Source: Octopus bimaculoides (Eukaryota). From it: 64,000 nt of DNA. Of this stretch, positions 1 to 30,600 are shown piece after piece (position 1 is the stretch's first letter; the number at the start of each line of letters is the position of its first letter). A program made the translations under genes and the position numbers. The notes below the pieces were generated by a model. It searched no databases, was not told the DNA's origin, and saw only the letters and a program-made list of their open reading frames with translations. The DNA is taken from contig NC_068982.1 of the NCBI RefSeq assembly GCF_001194135.2, forward strand, positions 15,071,335 through 15,135,334, written 5' to 3'.

Positions 1-24
1 TATATATATATATATATATATATT

Positions 25-835
25 TGCACAATGGTGAAATCAGTGCACAGCATAGGGATCACAAATGGTTGAGTGAAAGGGCAGTTCTAGCCCTGAAAAA
101 TATAACTGTGAATGCAATAAACTTTGATCTCTTAATGTACCTTCCTGGATAATGCCAATCATACAGGTCTACTGATACTGTTGCTGACCATTCAGAAATA
201 ACAAATTATCCAGATGAGTTTTTAAACTCACTGGGTCCACCAGATTTACCCCCTCATAAGCTTGACTTGAAACTTGGAGCACCTATAATGCTTCTAAGAA
301 GTTTAAATCTTCCAAAATTGTGTAATGGAGTAAGACTTATTGTGAAGAAAATTATGCCACATGTTATAGAAGCTACTCTACTCTCTAAATGTGGAACAGG
401 CGATAATATACTCATTGCTAGAATTCCACTAATACCTACTGATTTACAAGTACAATTTAAACGAGTACAGTTTCCAATTAGACTAATGAACATCAATAAA
501 ATCGCAAGAATAGACATTATCAGTAACTGGTTTGCTATTAGAGGAGTCTTGCTTCTCTTATGGACAATTGTATGTAGGATGCTCATGTGTTGGAAGTTCA
601 AAAAATCTTTTCATTTATACTCCACTGGGAAAAACTCATAATGTTGTATACAAAGAAGGTTTATCAAAACTTCCTTCTATGTGTTTTCTACTTCAAGTAT
701 ATTTTTATTGTTAATCTCACAGAATTTGTTAGAAATATTAATCGCAATAATTATTAAGAAAAAAACTCATATATGAAATTTTTGAATGAAATCTCATTGT
801 ATTTTTAATCTGGACAATGCCAGGTACTTCTGCTT
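25..835 (+). mobile_element. Degenerate Helitron, 3' portion (PIF1-like helicase C-terminus plus 3' end)
   Basis: Translates as [28 protein letters not shown]...QFPIRL and [12 protein letters not shown]...NVVYKE, with stops and frameshifts. The segment ggacaatgccaggtacttctgc at about 811-833 resembles a decayed Helitron 3' hairpin/CTAG end. Confidence 0.88.
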
Positions 836-3349
836 TTATGAAATAAGACAAAAGGGGCTGTGGAGCAGGAGGTACACACCTGAAGATTTAAAACCAAAAC
901 TCAGTTTCAGTTTTTAGTTGAAGTAATTTTCATTTTAGTTATGCTGTTAATTCTTTGAAAAAAAAAATCTTTATGGTACAGGTATGAGGTTTTCATTAAG
1001 CAGATGACAGGAATTACATCAAAGGATGAGACACAACAGAGAAAAAATTCTGTCCAATCCATGCAAGCATGGGAAACGGGTTGGAAACTCAAAACGATGA
1101 TTCATATTTAAACATTGTTATTTGAAATGTTTGACATTTTTCTTACAAAATCTAAATCCTATTTCAAAAAAACATGTTGCCCAGTGAAAACCACAGTTTA
1201 AATTTTTTTTTTTTTATTTAAAACACAATTGGAAGTAATTAATTGATGTCCTGTTTTGTGATATAAAACAAAAATTTGCAGCTCCAGTTTTAGGCAACCT
1301 CACTAAGTATTTTGAGTTGTCGCCCTTGTCTTTTGATGAATCTTTTAATGTTTACCATTCATCATTGCAGTTCCGCCGCATAGTCTACGGCTTGCTGCTA
1401 TGACTGACATGCTGAGAAACCAGGCTCAACAGCATGTGAGTGGCAGAAGTCTAGTGTCAGTTCAGCTATTGATGAGATATTCACTGTTCTATCATCTAAA
1501 TTACCTTGTTGCATAAGAACGATCTGAAAAACACTGTTAAGACAAAATCCTTAAAGTACTGGCGAATATCATGGAATCCTTATGGTTATTTCTTCTCCAG
1601 CTGATTTATTGTTTGCTTTGGCTGAGCACTGGCAGCCAACCATTTAAAATAAAAAAATCATCAGCAGTAGCATTTAATGTCCGTTGTCCATGCTGGCATG
1701 GGTTCGACTGTTTGACCAGGGCTGGAAGGCTGCACTACACTCCAGTATGATTTGGCATGGTTTCTACGGCTGGATGCCCTTCCTAACACCAACCACTTGA
1801 AAAATCGTTCCAAAATTAAAGTAAAATGTTTTACTTGATCTGCAGCAGTTGTTTTTCCTCACAATAATACAATATTTGAAACTCCGTCAGTTCTGTTTCA
1901 GGCAAAAGCCACTGCATATAGAAGTTTCCATATTTGGTGCTGATCTTGTCCTTATCAGGTGGTTTTGGTCCATATTTCAGTCAAACATTGTTCTGGTGCA
2001 TTTGTGTAGTGTCAAGATTAATAGAAGATTCTGTGCAGTTTTTGCTCCAAATCATTGTTATAAATCAAGATTAGTTGGAAATACATGGCAGAGGATCAGC
2101 AGATTTTCTTGGTCAACCTGTAGTTATGCTGCACCAACCTCATGTTTAAAAAACCACCTTTTGCCAAGCATACATTCTCATACACGAACTACAGACATTC
2201 AGCATAACAGCTTTTTGTAAAGAAACAATTGTAACACCAATCTGCAAATAAACATGTTAATCTAAATGGGATTTGTTTTAATTGGGAGCAGCTCACAACC
2301 AGACCAAATAATCCAGCTCTAAGCTAACCTATACCACAATACAAAACGACAGGGTGGCCACGAATAGAATATCTGTGGTTATAAGTTTTTCTCAATCGGG
2401 GCTGCCCTAGGAGTTGATAATGTTTTTTTTTTTTTGTTTTGTTTTTTTATGAAATAACTCTTAATTTATTTTAAAAGTTGACTCGGATTACAATTTACAA
2501 AAGTGAACAGTAAAAACGAACTGAAAGTTTGTTTACTTCTTTTTATTTTCGGTCATTTTTATTGTTGCGAATTATGCTGTCTGACAAATATTAAAACTGC
2601 ATTTGTTTCTTAGACCCAGAGGTATTTATAAATGGGTAAATGAAAATAAGTATTAGACTTTCCCTTAAGGCGTGGCTGTGTGCTAAGAATCTTGCTTCCC
2701 AACCACATGGCTCTGGGTTCAGGTCCACTGCATGGCACCTTCAACAAGGGCCCTCTACTATAGGCTCGGGCCAACAAAAACCCTTGTGAGTGGATTTGGT
2801 AGACAGAAACCGAAAGAGGCCCATCGTATGTGTGTATTAGTCACCTACCACCATTTGACAACCGGTGATGACGTGTTTTTGTCTCCGTAACTTAGTGGTT
2901 CGGCAAAAATTCTGATAGAATAAATACGAGGTTTTTAAAAAGTTCTGAGGTCGATTCATTCGACTAAAAATTCTTCAAGGCAGTGCCCCAGCATGGCTGC
3001 AATTGAAACAAGTTGAATGTAGAAGTTAAAAGTATTAAGAAAAACAAATGTGGAGATAAAATTAATTTGCATCTTATATATTGTATTCTGGAAAGGCATG
3101 AACATCACAGTTTCGTTTATTTCTCCTTCACAAATCTGAAGACATTTTTTTTTTTTTTTAACTGAAATCAGTAATAATTATTATTATGATTGAGGAGAGC
3201 GATTTCTTCGCAACTAACAACACCGATGATATGAAGCTAGAAGAAACTACGTAACTAAGGCCATAAATGTTATATTCAGCTTTAATCACTTTCCCCCACA
3301 CGTGTTTAGGAAGTTGTTTGTTAATTGTTTTACCTCTGGCTTAATTACG

Positions 3350-21380
<18,031 letters not shown>

Positions 21381-21400
21381 AAGAAGGTTAAATCTATGTA

Positions 21401-21406
21401 AATAAA
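21401..21406 (+). terminator. Candidate polyadenylation signal for DIMT1
   Basis: AATAAA about 20 nt after the DIMT1 stop codon. Confidence 0.4.
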
Positions 21407-21883
21407 TTATGTATAAAAATACTAAACATTTTGCTTTTTTTTATTCATATGAAAAGACTTTAGATCTGGACTAAGTATNNNNNNNNNNNNNNNNNNNNNN
21501 NNNNNNNNNNNNNNNNNNNNNNNNNNNNNNNNNNNNNNNNNNNNNNNNNNNNNNNNNNNNNNNNNNNNNNNNNNNNNNNNNNNNNNNNNNNNNNNNNNNN
21601 NNNNNNNNNNNNNNNNNNNNNNNNNNNNNNNNNNNNNNNNNNNNNNNNNNNNNNNNNNNNNNNNNNNNNNNNNNNNNNNNNNNNNNNNNNNNNNNNNNNN
21701 NNNNNNNNNNNNNNNNNNNNNNNNNNNNNNNNNNNNNNGAATATACTCAGAGGAATGGTTTTTAACATAGATCCTGCCATTATGGATTGCCCAGTATTTG
21801 AGTAATCAGCAGCAGCAGCTTTCCAAATGTTGGTACCTTCCCCCTCCAAATGTTTGATCTTGTAACAATTTCAAAAGTCATTG

Positions 21884-22252
21884 TTATTACCTCCGCCTTA
21901 GTGAAGGCAGAGGTATTGTTTTCAGTTGCATTTGTTTGTTTGTTCGTGGACAAGATATCTCAAGAACCGTTGGATGGATTCGGATGAAACTTTCAGGGAT
22001 GTTTGGCCTTGTTACTGGCATAAACTGATTAAATTTTGGGATCAATCTGGTGCTGAACGAGGATTATGGATTATTTTTCCTGTTTTTCTACTTAATTTTT
22101 GAGAGCAGTCGGGTTCATTTCTAGTATTCTTGTTTGTGGGAGCAATCAAATTTATTTCAGATATTCTCATTTTAAAAACCGTCTCCAGCTAATCTGTTGA
22201 GAGGACATTGATGTTGCCTTGGTGTAAGTTTGTGCTCTCTGAGTGTTCTTGT
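21884..22252 (+). mobile_element. Helentron-associated (HINE/DINE-1-like) non-autonomous element
   Basis: 5' inverted repeat acctccgcc...ggcagaggt, a (TTTG)n tract, and a gctctctgagtg end; a reverse copy lies at 42352-42724. Confidence 0.7.
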
Positions 22253-23770
22253 TATTCTTAGAATAGTGGTTTAGCAGACCTGTTAGTATTAGAAAAATTG
22301 CCTAGTGGCATTTATTTCTAGTTCTTTACAATCTGAGTTCAAATCACATCAACTTTGTTTTACATCCTTTTAGGGGTCACTCTCCCAACTGAGCTGAAGA
22401 GCACCCAGAACACTCTGTAAAGTGGTTGGCATCAGGAAGAGCATCTATCCATAGAAACCTTGCCAAAACAAGGAACTGGTGCTTGGTGCAGCTTGTCAGC
22501 TCTGATTGAACTGTTCAACCCATGCCAGCAGCGAAAAGAGATGTTAAATGATTGATATGGGTCTTACATTCTTGGGTGCAAGCTGGAAAGTATTAAACAG
22601 GTCAATAATGTTCAATCAGAAATATAGAACGGACAAGAGATAAACAAATAAACAGCCAAAGTAGGGTTTTATAAACAATGATTTTATTTTGAATGCCATC
22701 TTCAAACAATACTTAATACATAAACATCAATTGTAGTTGGTATGACATGAAGAATAGGTCTAAAGACATACTGACGTTGGAATGATGTAAATGGAAATGA
22801 TATGGGAAGTTGGGGGAGGGGCTCAAAAGATATACTTTTATAAATAATTATGAGTAACAAACACCCTAATTACAGAGTGCAAAATTGCCAAACTTCTATG
22901 CAAGATTCAGTAAGTACAGTCTATTTTTACATTTATGGAACTAACGGTTTGCTATAATTATATTCTAGCTATAAAAAAAAAAAGATCTAAATTGTAATAT
23001 TTTTGTAACGATTGTTTCTCATAAAAAAAAAAATCTCAAAGGTCACAATGGTAATTTAAATTGGATCAGTTAAGTTTTTTTTTTTTTTTTTCAGTTTTAC
23101 TTGGGGGTGGGGTGTTCGTTAGCTACAATAATATCATTCGATAGAATCAATACAATGTTGTTTGTTTAGTTATGTCAGTATTCATGTATTTATTTTATAA
23201 TATGCAGTCATTTCTCATTATTTTCAAATCGGAGTTCCTTGAGAATGAAAACTTCTATCCTACTCTCTTTAAACCACAGCCATGCATAACAATAACTAGA
23301 ATGCTAAAAACATTCATCTCAATAATTTTTAAGCTTTTTTTTTTTTTACAATGCTCATACTGTTTGTTATACAATATATTCTTGTATATTTATATATAGT
23401 TTTCTAATATAACAAATGGATAGTCTTCATTAAGTGATGTTTTTTTTTAAATTTTTTGTTTGTGTTTTTTTTTTGTTTTTTTGTTGTTTTTTTTTCTTCT
23501 TTTTGAAATTTACTTTTAATGATAACTAACAAAAAGATGTGCACATGACATTATTGCTTCAAACAGATCACACTGCTTTTCTCATTTGAAATATAAAGCA
23601 AGATGGAAACATAAAAAAATTAAAAAGTGAAATCTGAATGCTATAGGTGATNNNNNNNNNNNNNNNNNNNNNNNNNNNNNNNNNNNNNNNNNNNNNNNNN
23701 NNNNNNNNNNNNNNNNNNNNNNNNNNNNNNNNNNNNNNNNNNNNNNNNNNNNNNNNNNNNNNNNNNNNNN

Positions 23771-23821
<51 letters not shown>

Positions 23822-24401
23822 TCGAAATTCATGCAAATTAAACGTTTGAGTAAATTCATCAAATTGATTTTTTAAATGAATTTTGGATTAGCTGCAAATT
23901 TGCATAAGTATAATTTTTTTAAAAAAACAATTTTTAAACTGTACTCTTGTGAATGGAATTTTCACCAAGAAATATCCAACATCTTTAAAATTTTCCTTCT
24001 TTCTTTCTTTGACTTTAATGATTCTGTGAATGGTGAAAGCTAGATTTTTCATGCTTCAAGAACATTTACTTTGACAGTTTTGAAAATAAACTATTCTGAT
24101 GCAGGATGATGCAAATAATTTTTCCTCAATTTCGGCTACTCTTATATTTGGTGCCCTGCATCATTAGACTTCAATCAATGTGATAGCTGATTCAGATAAT
24201 TATAGAGGATTTGAGATAGAAATAATGTGCAGGTAGATAAGGATAAGAAAAACTATAATTGCGTTTCTTGATAAATTATTATATAAGAGGTCATATTGAA
24301 AAAATATATACTGTCAACAAAAGCTTAATTTATGACTTTTGAAGAGTTTGAATTTCATTTAAAACTTGCATTAATTTTAAGGAGATATGCTTAGACATAC
24401 A

Positions 24402-24432
<31 letters not shown>

Positions 24433-25995
24433 CATCATCATCATCATCGTTTAATGTCCGCTTTCCATGCTAGCATGGGTTGGACGATTTGACTGAGGAC
24501 TGGTGAAACCAGATGGCAACACCAGGCTCCATATAGATATATATATATATATACTGTGTTTTGTTTTAAATATGTTCAGGAAAATGTCACTGTGTATGTA
24601 TAAGAAATATGGATTTCCCATTTTGGCACAAGACCAGCAAGTTTAGGGGGAGACGGTTAAGTCGATTGCATCAACCCCAGTATTCAACTGGTACTTATTT
24701 TATCGACCCTGAAAGGATGAAAGGCAAAGTCAGCCGCAGCAGAATTTGAACTTAGAACAAGAAGATGGACAAAATGCCGCTAAGCATTTTATCCAGCATA
24801 TTCAATGATTCTGCCAGCTAGCTCCCTTAAGTAAAAGAAATATTATAAGTACCCTGCTCTAGTTTATTGACTTGAAATTTCTTAAAAGAGATTTAATAAA
24901 TTTGTCTTTCAACAGATAGTGTTTTATTCTTGATAATTTAAACCATATTGATAACAAATTGCAATTAGCCAGTTCTGAAGTGTTTCTACCATTCTCGTGG
25001 ACAATTTTCTACATCCATGTTATTCATGAAAATAAGGAAATAATAATAATGGATACCATGTACTAGTAGTATGATTGGTTAATGCACCAAACTGATAAAA
25101 ATAGAAGAATAATGAAGTGAAATAAAAGGAAGATAATGATAAATATTCATTCTTGAAACATTCATCTACTACGACTGAATTTTCTACCTGAACATTCTTT
25201 TGATGTCGTTCTATCTGTGATTGAAGTGATGTTATTTCTATAATCCAAATATGAAATACAAACATAGGATCAATAAGCACTTGCAGGTAAATATCTAATT
25301 TATGATAACTTCTAATTAAGGAGAAAAAAAATCCATTTAGATATGAACAATTTTTACAGTCACTTACAAAATATAGTTATTCAATTTAACTCATAAAAAT
25401 TTCAACACACACACACACACAAAAAAAACAATATGGTATGTATATCAAAAGAAATAAGATTTGTTATTTGTGGCTTGTAAGTTTGCATAAGGTGTATACA
25501 TGAAATGAATAACAAGCAAGAGTAACCGAAAAACCAACAATGATATTTTGTGAAAGATATTAAATATCGTAAAGTCTTGTAACCATAACATTTTAAAGGA
25601 AATGAAAACAGTCATAAATGGAAAAACTTTTCAGTTAATACGTCTGTAGCCATAACTAGCAATTGGTCCCTCACAAACCATCTTTATGCTCCATCTTTTA
25701 GTTTTAATCTGCTCTTCCTCAATTTTTCAATATTATGCAGCCTTGTAGTGCTATTTATTATATTTTTTGTGTGTTTAGCACTAGTTTGTTTATTCCTTGT
25801 CTGAGTATTGGGTTTTTTTTGTTTTTTTGAGCTACATACAAAGAGATATTTTAATCCAAGCCATTACTCAGAACAGCCTGTTATTGCAAGATGAAGCATT
25901 ACAAAGTTATATTTTATAAAAGACAGGAATATGTTGAGTGTTAAACTTTTGGATAAAACTTCTACATGCTGTAATGACGTGGATGGTGATTGTCT

Positions 25996-26177
25996 AACCC
26001 TTTAGCATTCAAACTCGCCAGATCTGGCCTCTCTCACCTACCCTACAATATCATTCTAAAAAAATGCAACCGCATCATCAAAATCTCAAAGCTATGAGAT
26101 AATGGATGATCAATTGAAAACAATGTGAATAAATTGGCATCACATTTGACAGAGTAAATCCAAATGCTGAAAAATTA
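25996..26177. mobile_element. piggyBac-like MITE, second family (ttaaccctttagcatt)
   Basis: Related copies at about 6337-6460 and 41366-41590. Confidence 0.6.
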
Positions 26178-27624
26178 AGATAATTCCTCTATCATTTGTG
26201 CCATAATTCAGTTAGAATTTTATGGTAAATCTAGAAAAACCAGCCTGACCATAAAAAAAAAAAAAACCTACTTCAAAGAAAACCATGTCTATATTTGTTT
26301 AACAATGTAAATTCATAGCTCCCCGGATATTCAACAAAGTTTAAAGTAATTTTTCAGGATGAAAATAATATATTGAAATAATTTTACATAAAAAATACAC
26401 ACATTGAGATCAAACGGAACAGTATTTAAAAAAAAAAATCATGTTCTCTTCATGATGCATCAAGCTGCATCTCTTTGCATCAAAAGGTAATAAAACAAAT
26501 ACCAGACTGAAATGGGTACTGGGGTTGATATGAATGACTGAAAACCCTTAAAGGCAGTCCCCCAGAATGGTCACAGTCTTATGATTAAAATCAGTAAAAG
26601 AATAAAAGAAAGAATTTGCTTATCAAAAAGTAAATATAAACAAGTTGAACGATGTCCTTTCTATCAGCTGTTGAAGATACAATGGACGGAAAGAAATAAA
26701 AAAATAACATCAAAATAAAAGTTCATGTTACACAAGTTGGACGGATATTTTTTTTTTCTTTTTTTTTTCTTTTTCAAAACTGAGTCTAAGATTAAGTTCT
26801 TCATGATATGTAACAAAAACCTCCCCATAGAATCTAAGCAGCAGTATAACTGATGATAAGTGTTTATCAATGATATTCAATTGTTTTAATCAGCATGAAT
26901 AGTAATTAAACTCAACACTGAACTCTATAAGGAATTATGCAATTAACAAATATTTGGAAACAACAGATCAGATCGTAAAAAACAGAATTACAAACAAATT
27001 CTCTCCCGTCTCGGAGGAGATTAAATTGAGATTTAAATGGATTATTTTGAAACTAAAATTTGGTTGTTTCAATATCTTAAAACGATCAATTAACTCTAGT
27101 AAAATATTATCTTAAATATTTTCTAACATATGAACTGTAATGAATTCAAACATTTTAACTTAGTTTTTGCTCATATTTTCTGAAATCTTCAAGTATTAGT
27201 CTCATTCATTTTGCTGAGTCATGTGTGCACCAAATAAATTTCCACAATTAAAAAAAAATGGAAAAAAAATATGGAAAACAGCAGCAAAAAACAACAAATA
27301 ACTAAAAATAAAGAAACCCAGAGTTAATGCAATCATTGTATATGGGATGTTTACGTACTCGACATTAATTTGCTATTGTCAAGAGTTATAACATCTAGCA
27401 AGATCTATTTCCAGCAAACTATGATGATAACATTGTGTAATAGTTACTCCAAATGATGACAAATTACAGTTAATAGTTTGGTTCAAATTTTGACCTTCTT
27501 TGAAATTATACATAACTGTTCAAAAAAAAAAAATTGATCATTTCCTAGTGAGTCTAAGAAATTGCCAACAGTTATCAAATTTGACAAAAATGACTAAACT
27601 TCATATGATATTATCAATTGAAGA

Positions 27625-30600
27625 CTAAGAAGAAACTAGAAACAAAATTTCGTTTTTATCATAAGCTGTACAAGCTATGACTTTCCCTTCATCTTGGACG
27701 AAACAACTTCCAACTATTTGACTGTCAACATGGTACTGGCTTCCAGCAACAGAAATCTGAAATTATTGAAATAAATGCAAAAATTAACTTTTCTGTTTTC
27801 CTTCACACCATCAGATCAATATCGTTGATTTTATTATTATCATCATCACCATCATCATCATCATCATCATCATAATGGCAGAATCGTTAGCATGCTGGGT
27901 GTACCCTGTTGTACCATGGTTTCTACGGCTGAATGCCCTTCCAAATGGCAACCAATTAACAGAGTGTTTTGGGGGCTTTATACATGCCACCAGTACAGGT
28001 GTGTTTGCAGAGCACTGGCACAGGTGCTTTTTATGTGGCACTAGCACCAGAAAGGACAGCGATTTTACTTAGATGATAATATAAATACTGCTTTCAAATG
28101 TTGGCACAAAGCCAGCAACTTCTTGGCAGGGAGCTAGTTGATTACATCAACCCCAGTGCTCATCATCATCATCGTTTAACGTCCGTTTTCCATGCTGGCA
28201 TGGGTTGGACAGTTTGACTTTGGACTGGCAAGTCAGTAGGCTGCGCCAGGCTCCAGTCTGATCTGGCAATGTTTCTACAGCTGGATGCTCTTCCTAATGC
28301 CAACCACTCTGAGAGTGTAGTGGGTGCTTTTTACGTGCCACCAGCATAGGAGCCAGCCACATGGTACTGGCATCAGCCATGCTTGGATGGTGCTTTTTAT
28401 GTGCCACCAGCATAGGAGCCAGCCACATGGTACTGGCATCAGCCATGCTTGGATGGTGCTTTTTATGTGCCACCAGCATAGGAGCCAGCCACATGGTACT
28501 GGCATCAGCCATGCTTGGATGGTGCTTTTTATGTGCCACCAGCATAGGAGCCAGCCACATGGTACTGGCATCAGCCATGCTTGGATGGTGCTTTTTATGT
28601 GCCACCAGCATAGGAGCCAGTCGGGGTGAGGGGGCTGGCATCGACCACAATCGGATGGTGCTTTTTACATGCCATGGGAAGCCAGTCAGGCAACACTGGC
28701 AACGACCCACGCATGAATGGTGCTTATTGCGTGCCACCAGCATGGGAGCCAGTCAGGCGGCACTGGCACTAGCCACATTACAATTTCCATTTGATTGTGA
28801 TTCGATTTACTTGACTCAATAGATCTCCTCCAGCATGACATGACACCCAACGATCCAAATTGGTATTTATTTTATCATCTCTGAAAGGATGAAAAGCAAA
28901 GTCGACTTCAGCGGAATTTGAACTCAAAACATAAAGGCAGACAAAATGTTGCTATGCATTTTACCTGGCATGCTAATGATTCTGCCATTTTGCCATTTTA
29001 TACAATGATAAAACTATTAATGAAAAAATTAATGAATTTTTTTTAATGTCAGGCTGGTCAGATGGAAGAATATGTGTTTCTAACCATCCTAGTTTACAGG
29101 ATAGAAATAAAAGAGGATACTATGAAACTAATTTGAAATTCCTTTTTACACAATTAAAATTCTAAGATAATCTTTAAAATTTTACCAAACTTAAAAAAAG
29201 ATTTTAAAAAAAAAAGTTATTGAATTTACCTGTGGGAATGGATCTTTACTCAAATACCACAACCTCACAAATGAATCTTCTCCAGCAGATAATACCTGAA
29301 AAATAAATGGTCAGCTAATTAATGAAATGAATATAATAGCAGTAACCAAATAAGTCACCAATGAGTTCTGAAAGGATTAGATCTGACTTCATAGCATTAA
29401 ACAGATAAAAGATAGATTCTTATCAGTATATTGTAAGTTTTTATCAAGTCCACTTCACATTCAGCAAGCTTATTTCGCCAAAGCTGAATATATTCCTCTG
29501 TATCTTCATTGCACACTGCAAGACCAGATGCATAATAGTTCTTGCGTTGGAGTTCATTTCAGTAAGTGTTCCATAAGTTGTGGAACTGTGCAAGAAACCC
29601 AAACAGATATAAAACAGTGTAAGAATTCAATGGGAATATAAGCATAAAGACATTCTTAAAAACTACATGTGTAGCAACTCACCAAGCCAGTTTTTGGTGC
29701 AATATCAACAGCATTAATCCAGCGAGTATGAGCAGCTACTTCAGCAGCAAGTGCTCCAGTTTTGGCACAGAAAACCCTCAGGTGCCCCGAGCCATAGCCA
29801 CCAACTGTCTCCCATTTGTCAAGTGTTACCTTGGCTCTGACAACTCTTATTGCAAATAAGACTCTCAGAACATTTGCTAAATGTTTCCCACGGGTAACTG
29901 AAATGGTGCAAACACTCAAATACACTGCAAAATATCTACAGTGGATGTAAACTGAAGACGCATATTTAAATTCATCAATCAATCAATTAATTAGCTAAAC
30001 ATAAACAAAACTAAATCAATTAGTTAATTTTGCATAACAGTATACCTTACCTTCAATTTTTAAATTATGACCTTCACTGTGAAATGTAAACAAATATCTT
30101 AAATCTTTCCATGGAGACTATTTTCATCTCTTTTTGGAGATTCAGAGAAATATGTGAAGGAACATGGATTAGTGATTGGGGTACTTGGCTAATGGTCGTA
30201 AGGTTGAGAGTTCAATTCCTGGTGGTGCATTGCGCCCTTGAGCAAGACACTTATTTCTCGTAGCTTCAGTCCACTCACCTGGCGAAAATGGGCTGTACCT
30301 GTAATATATTCTGTGCCATGCTGAATCTCCCTGAGAATTATGTTAAGGAGTACACATGTGTGGAGTGCTCAGCCACTTGCATGTTAATTTCACAAGCGGG
30401 CTGTTCCGTTGATCGGATCAACTGGAACCCTCGTCATAATTGATGGAATGCCTGTACCTTTATTTTTTACTAACAGTGAAATTGATAGCTTCTAGCTATT
30501 TATGTCATTCCAGCTGAGTCCTGGTGCAGGCTTCTAACTGGCCGGCTCTTGTCAAACCGTCTTACCCATTCCAGCATGGAAGGCAGACATTAAACGATGA

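Noticed and set aside
25020-25280. 86-aa minus-strand ORF downstream of WDR54
   Set aside because: No recognisable motif and no convincing acceptor
28275-28822. ORFs with 22-aa tandem repeats
   Set aside because: By-product of the 66-bp array inside a repeat; no splice or start context
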